From Cupriavidus necator (lineage in GTDB: Bacteria; Pseudomonadota; Gammaproteobacteria; Burkholderiales; Burkholderiaceae), in the NCBI RefSeq assembly GCF_016127575.1, contig NZ_CP066018.1:660001-692000 (forward strand): DNA of 32,000 bases, read 5' to 3'. Below, one piece after another: positions 27,048 to 32,000 of the stretch. The position numbers and the translations under genes were made by a program. Position 1 is the first letter of the stretch. Each line of letters begins with the position of its first letter. The notes under the pieces were generated by a model that worked only from the letters and a program-made list of their open reading frames with translations, was not told the DNA's origin and did no database searches.

Positions 27048-28691
27048 ATGCTCCTGTCCAGCCGCCGCCGCTTCCATCCCCTGACCCTGGCCACCCTGGT
27101 GATGGCGCTGCTGATCGCCGTGCCGGTGCTGGTGATCGCCTCGGCCGTGCTGCTGCCCGCCGGCGACACCTGGCGCCACCTGATCGACACGGTGCTGGCG
27201 GAATACGTGCTCAACACCGTCTGGCTGCTGTGCGGCGTCGCCGTGGGGGTATTGCTGCTGGGGGTGACCACCGCCTGGCTGGTATCGACCTACCGTTTCC
27301 CGGGCCACGCCGTGATGGAATGGGCGCTGGTCTTGCCGATGGCGATGCCCGCCTACGTGATCGCCTATGCCTACACCGACGCGCTGCAGTTTGCCGGGCC
27401 GGTGCAGGGCTGGTTGCGCGAGCTGACCGGCTGGAAGGCGCGCGAGTACTGGTTTCCAGATATCCGCTCGCTGGGCGGCGCCATCGCCCTGTTCTCGCTG
27501 GTGCTGTATCCCTACGTCTACCTGACCGCGCGCGCCGCCTTCCTGCAGCAGACCCAGAACACGCTGGAGGCCGCGCGCCTGCTCGGCCACGGCACCTGGA
27601 GCAGGCTCTGGCGCGTGGTGCTGCCGCTGGCTCGCCCCGGCATCGTTGCCGGCACCGCGCTGGCAATGATGGAAACGCTGGCCGACTTCGGCACCGTCGC
27701 CTACTTTGCCATCCCGACTTTCTCCACTGGCATCTACCGCGCCTGGTTCTCGCTTGGCGACAAGAACGCCGCGGCGCAGCTGTCGGCATGCATGCTGCTG
27801 TTCGTCGCCGCCATCCTGCTGATGGAGCGCGCCAGCCGCGGCCGCGCGCAGGTCTACGGCAACCAGCGCCGCGCCGTGGCCTGGACGCTGGACGGCGCGC
27901 GCGGCTGGCTGGCGCTGGCCGTATGCATGGTGCCGGTGCTGCTGGGCTTCCTGATTCCCGCGCTGATGCTGTGCCGCATGGCCTTCACCGACGGCGATGC
28001 GCAGTTCGGCGCGCGCTTTGTCGGGCTGGTGCGCAACAGCTTCCTGCTGGCCAGCGCCACCGCGCTGGCCGCGGTGACGGTCGCGCTGGCGGTGGGCTAC
28101 GCCGCGCGCGCGGCCAACGGCAAGCGCAGTTGGCTGATGCGCGGCCTGACGCGGCTGTGCGGCATGGGTTATGCGCTGCCGGGCTCGGTCATTGCCGTGG
28201 GCGTGCTGGTGCCGGTGGCGCGGCTCGACAACGCGCTGTCGGCCTGGCTGCAGCAGCAGTTCGGGCTCTCGGTGGGGCTGCTGCTGACCGGCGGCATCGC
28301 CGCGCTGGTCTATGCGCTGCTGGTGCGCTTCCTGGGCGTGGCGCTGCAGACCGTCAATGCCGGGCTGGGCAAGATCACCCCCAGCATGGATGCGGCCGCG
28401 CGCAGCCTGGGCCACGGCCCCGGCGCCACGCTGCGGCGCGTGCATTTCCCGATGCTGCGAGGCAGCCTGCTGACCGCGGCACTGATCGTCTTTGTCGACG
28501 TGATGAAGGAGTTGCCGGCCACCTTCGTGATGCGCCCGTTCAACTTCGACACGCTGGCCGTGCAGGCCTACAACCTCGCTGCCGACGAGCGCCTGACCGA
28601 GGCCGCCACCGCCTCGCTGGTGATCGTGGCCGTGGGCCTGCTGCCGGTGATCGTGCTGTCGCGCACGATCCGGCGCGAAGCGCAGCGCTGA
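27048..28691 (+). CDS. Fe(3+) ABC transporter permease, duplicated MalFG-type domains (FbpB/HitB-like)
   Basis: 547 aa from the ATG at 27048. It has about 12 TM helices and two EAA-type loops (LEAARLLGHGTWSRLWRVVLPLARPGIVAG; DAAARSLGHGPGATLRRVHFPMLRGSLLTA). Confidence 0.85.
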   Translation: MLLSSRRRFHPLTLATLVMALLIAVPVLVIASAVLLPAGDTWRHLIDTVLAEYVLNTVWLLCGVAVGVLLLGVTTAWLVSTYRFPGHAVMEWALVLPMAMPAYVIAYAYTDALQFAGPVQGWLRELTGWKAREYWFPDIRSLGGAIALFSLVLYPYVYLTARAAFLQQTQNTLEAARLLGHGTWSRLWRVVLPLARPGIVAGTALAMMETLADFGTVAYFAIPTFSTGIYRAWFSLGDKNAAAQLSACMLLFVAAILLMERASRGRAQVYGNQRRAVAWTLDGARGWLALAVCMVPVLLGFLIPALMLCRMAFTDGDAQFGARFVGLVRNSFLLASATALAAVTVALAVGYAARAANGKRSWLMRGLTRLCGMGYALPGSVIAVGVLVPVARLDNALSAWLQQQFGLSVGLLLTGGIAALVYALLVRFLGVALQTVNAGLGKITPSMDAAARSLGHGPGATLRRVHFPMLRGSLLTAALIVFVDVMKELPATFVMRPFNFDTLAVQAYNLAADERLTEAATASLVIVAVGLLPVIVLSRTIRREAQR

Positions 28692-28799
28692 GCCTCCCAC
28701 GCTTCTTGCCCTAAAGTCGCGCCACAACGCGCCGATAGCCTCTTATGGCCCGGCGTTCGCCCGGGAGCGAACAGCGGCAGGCCTGCCGCGCAAGAACCT

Positions 28800-29471
28800 A
28801 TGCTGCGATATCACATCCTGCTGTTCAAGTTGAACCGGCTGAGCCGCAACAAGCTGAGCGGCGTGGAAGAAGTCTCGCTGGCCGGACAGCTGGCCGAGAT
28901 GGTCGATTCGGCCGACACCGCCGCGCGCGTCATCGCCGACCTGTTCGATCACGCCAACCCGCAGGTGCGACGCATCGCGCTCAACGCGATCCGCCGCGCG
29001 CGGCAGTTCTCGTCGCCCGAGCTGCAGCCCGCGCTGGTGCGCCGCATGGCCGATGCCGAAGCGGTGCTGCGCCATGACGCCGTCTGGATCGTGCAGGAAA
29101 CCCGGATGGATGGCGCCGAACTGCGCGCCGCGCTGCGCCGCGTTGCCGGCAAGGTGCAACTGCCGTGGGACGCCGAGCGCGCCCGCGCCAATCCCGGCGA
29201 CATCGCGCTGGCCGCGCAGGTGCGCGCCCGCATGGCGCTGGACAAGCTGCTGGAAAAGAGTGCGGCCGAACGCAACCAGGCACTGGCCGCGATGGCGTTG
29301 GGCGGGACCTCGGACCAGCCTTATGCCGAAGGCACGGTCGGCCACAAGGGCCTGCTGCACCGCGCACTGGTGCGGCGACAGGCGGGGCGGCGGCTCAACA
29401 GCAGCGTGAAGCTGACGTTCCGCAAGCTGGAGCCCACGCAGGTGACTGGGAACAAGCGGTTCCTGCTGTAG
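28800..29471 (+). CDS. Hypothetical HEAT/ARM-like repeat protein
   Basis: 223-aa ORF with genome-typical high GC3 in this frame. Helical repeats such as NPQVRRIALNAIRRAR and LRHDAVWIVQE resemble HEAT_2 repeats. There is no clear RBS, so the start is uncertain. Confidence 0.5.
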   Translation: MLRYHILLFKLNRLSRNKLSGVEEVSLAGQLAEMVDSADTAARVIADLFDHANPQVRRIALNAIRRARQFSSPELQPALVRRMADAEAVLRHDAVWIVQETRMDGAELRAALRRVAGKVQLPWDAERARANPGDIALAAQVRARMALDKLLEKSAAERNQALAAMALGGTSDQPYAEGTVGHKGLLHRALVRRQAGRRLNSSVKLTFRKLEPTQVTGNKRFLL

Positions 29472-29505
29472 CAGGAACCGCCCCTACTGCAAAGGCCGTG
29501 GCGGC

Positions 29506-30543
29506 TTACTTGAAACCGGCGCGGTCCACCAGCTTCTGCGCTTGCGGCTGGTACTTGCCCAGCTCGGCCACGTTGATGGTGTCGGCCTTGAACGTGCCCA
29601 GCGCTTCCAGCGCCGGGTTGCTGACCTTCACGCCCTGCACCACCGGCCATTCGTTGTTGCCGTCGGCAAAGTAGCGCTGCGCCTCGTCGCTGGCCAGGTA
29701 CTCCAGGAACTTGACCGCCGCTTCCTTGTTGGGCGCATGCTTGAGCATGCCGCCGCCCGAGACGTTCATGTGCACGCCCTGGCTCGACTGGTTCGGCCAA
29801 AGCACGCCCAGCTTGTCGGCCACGGCCTTGTCTTCCGGCTTGGTCGACTTCAGCAGACGCGCGATGTAATAGGTGTTGGCGATGGCCACGTCGCACTCGC
29901 CGGCGGCAACCGCCTTGAGCTGGTCGGTGTCTCCGCCCTTGGGCACGCGCGCCAGGTTGGCGGCCACGCCGCGCGCCCACTGCTCGGTGCGTGCCTCGCC
30001 ATCGTGGGCGATCAGGCTGGAGACCAGCGACAGGTTGTAGACATGGCCGCTGGAACGCGTGCAGACCTTGCCCTTCCACTTGGGATCGGCCAGGTCTTCA
30101 TAGCTGGCGATATCGCCGGCCTTGACCGCGGTCTTGTTGTAGGCAATCACGCGGCCGCGCGCCGAGAAGCCGAACCATTCGCCATTGGGGTCGCGATAGT
30201 TGGCCGGGATGCGCGATTCCAGCGCCTTCGACTTTACCGGCGCAAACACGCCAGCCTGCTGGGCGCGCCACAGGCGGCCGATATCCACCGTGATGAACAC
30301 GTCCGCCGGGCTGTTGGCGCCTTCATTGCGGATACGCTCCAGCAGCGGGTCTTCCTGGCCTTCGATGCGGTTGATCTTGATGCCGGTCTGCTTGGTGAAG
30401 TTGGCGTACAGCGCTTCGTCCGTCTGGTAGTGACGCGCGGTGTAGAGGTTGAGCACCTTTTCCTGCGCCGCAGCGGCGAGCGGCAGGGTCAGCAGGGCCA
30501 GCGCCGCAGCGCGCGGCAGCAAGGTTCGGATAGTGGTCTTCAC
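29506..30543 (-). CDS. Fe(3+) ABC transporter periplasmic binding protein (FbpA/HitA-like)
   Basis: 345 aa from the GTG at 30543, with GGGGAG 8 nt upstream. Signal peptide KTTIRTLLPRAAALALLTLPLAAAAQE. KVLNLYTARHYQTDEALYANFTKQTGIKI and SPADVFITVD are typical of ferric binding proteins. Confidence 0.85.
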   Translation of the reverse strand: MKTTIRTLLPRAAALALLTLPLAAAAQEKVLNLYTARHYQTDEALYANFTKQTGIKINRIEGQEDPLLERIRNEGANSPADVFITVDIGRLWRAQQAGVFAPVKSKALESRIPANYRDPNGEWFGFSARGRVIAYNKTAVKAGDIASYEDLADPKWKGKVCTRSSGHVYNLSLVSSLIAHDGEARTEQWARGVAANLARVPKGGDTDQLKAVAAGECDVAIANTYYIARLLKSTKPEDKAVADKLGVLWPNQSSQGVHMNVSGGGMLKHAPNKEAAVKFLEYLASDEAQRYFADGNNEWPVVQGVKVSNPALEALGTFKADTINVAELGKYQPQAQKLVDRAGFK

Positions 30544-30622
30544 GCGGATGGCTCCCCAGCATGGTTTGGGCAGCCGCCGGGGACCCCGAGGCCGCCCGGT
30601 TATTGGATTCCGGTCAGCGGGA

Positions 30623-30641
30623 AACAATATTGATTCTTGTT
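30623..30641. promoter_or_regulatory. AT-rich inverted repeat AACAA-N9-TTGTT upstream of the ferric binding-protein gene
   Basis: AACAATATTGATTCTTGTT lies 80-100 nt upstream of the GTG start. It matches the classical Fur box only partially (about 9 of 16 positions by eye). Confidence 0.25.
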
Positions 30642-30764
30642 CAGGCGGTCAAATTACATTTCTGTCATGTTGACGCCCGTTGACCGATCAATTCCAGGGA
30701 GATGCCCGCACTAACGTAATCGCCCCCTGTGCGAAGACGAACCGGCAAGGCGGGCGCCGAAATC

Positions 30765-31091
30765 TCAGCCGCGGCGTACCCAGACCACCTTGCCAGCCTT
30801 GACGCCCAGCGTGCGGCGTTGCGGGTTGTAGTCCATGGTGCCGGGGAACTGCTGGCCGTCGCGCTCGCCCAGTCGCCACGCGCAGCCCTGCAGCAGGCCG
30901 ATGGCTTCGGCCTCGGGCTTGCCGACCAAGGCATCGTCGGCCAGCTTGTCGGCGGCACAGCCCTCCGGCGTGCCACGCGCGCCTTGCGGGCCGGTCGGCG
31001 CGGGCGCCGCGCAAGCCGCCAGCAGGGCCCCGCCCGCCGCCAGCATGGCGGACTGGCGCAGCCAACGCCGGATGGTTCGCTTCGCAATCAT
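30765..31091 (-). CDS. Small lipoprotein, peptidase-inhibitor I78-like
   Basis: 108 aa from the ATG at 31091, with AGGAGA 5 nt upstream. Lipobox LLAAC. The C-terminus C..DKLADDALVGKPE...FPGTMDYNPQRRTLGVKAGKVVWVRRG resembles the I78 family pattern. Confidence 0.6.
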   Translation of the reverse strand: MIAKRTIRRWLRQSAMLAAGGALLAACAAPAPTGPQGARGTPEGCAADKLADDALVGKPEAEAIGLLQGCAWRLGERDGQQFPGTMDYNPQRRTLGVKAGKVVWVRRG

Positions 31092-31229
31092 GTCGTTCTC
31101 CTGATGGATTTGGCGAGTATGAGGATGCTGGGACACGCGGCACACCGCGGCGTTCAGCTTCTTTGCACACCGATATGAAACTTTTGCCAGATTACGCTGT
31201 ATTGCGCACATTTTCAGTGTGGCTTCGGC

Positions 31230-31243
31230 TTGATCTGGATAAA
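31230..31243 (+). promoter_or_regulatory. FNR/Anr-like box TTGAT-ctgg-ATAAA upstream of adh
   Basis: It has one mismatch to TTGAT-N4-ATCAA and lies about 110 nt upstream of the adh ATG. Confidence 0.3.
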
Positions 31244-31347
31244 CCGAGCTATAAGCCATGCGTGCTATCAGTGAGTAAGCGGGCCGGCAACGTCCCGCAC
31301 CACTCCACCCACCGCGCATCCCTCTGCGCCTTCCCTGGGAGCAACGC

Positions 31348-32000
31348 ATGACCGCAATGATGAAAGCCGCCGTTTTTGTCGAGCCTGGCCGGATCGAACT
31401 GGCAGACAAGCCGATCCCGGATATCGGCCCCAACGATGCCCTGGTGCGTATCACCACCACCACCATCTGCGGCACCGACGTGCACATCCTCAAGGGTGAG
31501 TACCCGGTGGCGAAGGGCCTGACCGTGGGCCATGAGCCCGTCGGCATCATTGAAAAGCTCGGCAGCGCGGTGACGGGATACCGCGAAGGCCAGCGCGTGA
31601 TCGCCGGCGCAATCTGCCCCAACTTCAACTCCTACGCGGCGCAGGACGGCGTGGCCTCGCAGGATGGCAGCTACCTGATGGCCAGCGGCCAGTGCGGCTG
31701 CCACGGCTACAAGGCGACCGCGGGCTGGCGCTTCGGCAACATGATCGACGGTACCCAGGCGGAATACGTGCTGGTGCCCGACGCCCAGGCCAACCTGACG
31801 CCAATCCCCGATGGCCTCACCGACGAGCAGGTGCTGATGTGCCCCGACATCATGTCCACCGGCTTCAAGGGCGCGGAAAACGCCAATATCCGCATCGGCG
31901 ACACCGTGGCCGTGTTCGCGCAGGGCCCGATCGGGCTATGCGCGACCGCCGGCGCGCGGCTGTGCGGCGCCACCACCATCATCGCCATCGACGGCAACGA
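31348..32000 (+). CDS. adh: Zn-dependent NAD(P) alcohol dehydrogenase (5' part, runs off the window)
   Basis: My translation from the ATG at 31348 is MTAMMKAAVFVEPGRIELADKPIPDIGPNDALVRITTTTICGTDVHILKGEYP...GHEPVGIIEKLG...VFAQGPIGLCAT. It carries the catalytic Zn ligands (C-GTD-H, GHE) and the GxGxxG fold. It matches my memory of the R. eutropha H16 fermentative ADH. This ORF is not in the supplied track because it is open-ended. Confidence 0.9.
   Translation, partial: MTAMMKAAVFVEPGRIELADKPIPDIGPNDALVRITTTTICGTDVHILKGEYPVAKGLTVGHEPVGIIEKLGSAVTGYREGQRVIAGAICPNFNSYAAQDGVASQDGSYLMASGQCGCHGYKATAGWRFGNMIDGTQAEYVLVPDAQANLTPIPDGLTDEQVLMCPDIMSTGFKGAENANIRIGDTVAVFAQGPIGLCATAGARLCGATTIIAIDGN

Noticed and set aside
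26927-28727. 595-aa (+ strand, alternative frame) and 577-aa (- strand) ORFs overlapping the Fe(3+) permease gene.
   Set aside because: Only the frame starting at 27048 gives a 12-helix permease with two EAA loops. The others are Arg/Gly/Ala/His low-complexity translations.
30544-30764. A classical Fur box upstream of the ferric binding-protein gene.
   Set aside because: The best candidate (30621-30642) matches the 19-bp consensus only weakly by eye. I kept it only as an unexplained inverted repeat, not as a Fur site.

Overview
High-GC (about two-thirds G+C) betaproteobacterial chromosomal DNA, most consistent with a Cupriavidus/Ralstonia eutropha-type genome. This is inference: the truncated gene at the right edge reads like the fermentative Zn-alcohol dehydrogenase I remember from C. 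necator H16. I call about 27 protein genes, one tRNA-Ser(CGA) and a few terminators and promoters. I found no IS element, integrase, prophage or CRISPR array.

Most of the window is housekeeping or ordinary accessory metabolism:
- a cytosine-deaminase-like amidohydrolase plus a DUF1097 membrane protein
- a PAS histidine kinase with a LuxR-type response regulator
- a LysR regulator, dadA and amino-acid ABC transporter parts
- a CNNM/CorC protein and a PAP2 phosphatase
- serS, tRNA-Ser and rarA
- a split Fe(3+) ABC transporter
- an I78-inhibitor lipoprotein and adh

The standout is a divergent four-gene cyanophycin module at 5695-13961. Two full-length cyanophycin synthetase paralogs sit in tandem on the + strand. 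They face an operon on the - strand that encodes an ABC exporter and a translationally coupled DUF1854 protein. The exporter carries an unusual cytosolic N-terminal extension (PH-like fold plus a CxxC..CxxC zinc ribbon).

The two synthetases show reciprocal motif decay:
- The upstream paralog keeps the canonical N-domain block. It lacks the ATP-grasp N-L-S-T-G-G loop and several canonical Mur-ligase-like motifs.
- The downstream paralog keeps all catalytic G- and M-domain motifs but has a degenerate N-domain block.

This suggests an obligate heteromeric or division-of-labour synthetase coupled to an uncharacterised exporter. No cyanophycinase is present in the window.

Secondary observations:
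- an orphan two-domain fimbrial adhesin with atypical codon usage
- a DUF1653-HD fusion co-transcribed with PAP2
- a 119-nt convergent gene overlap
- serS followed directly by its cognate tRNA
- a possibly leaderless fbpC-like gene
- an FNR-like box upstream of adh

All homology statements come from reading the translated ORFs against remembered family motifs. No database search was run.
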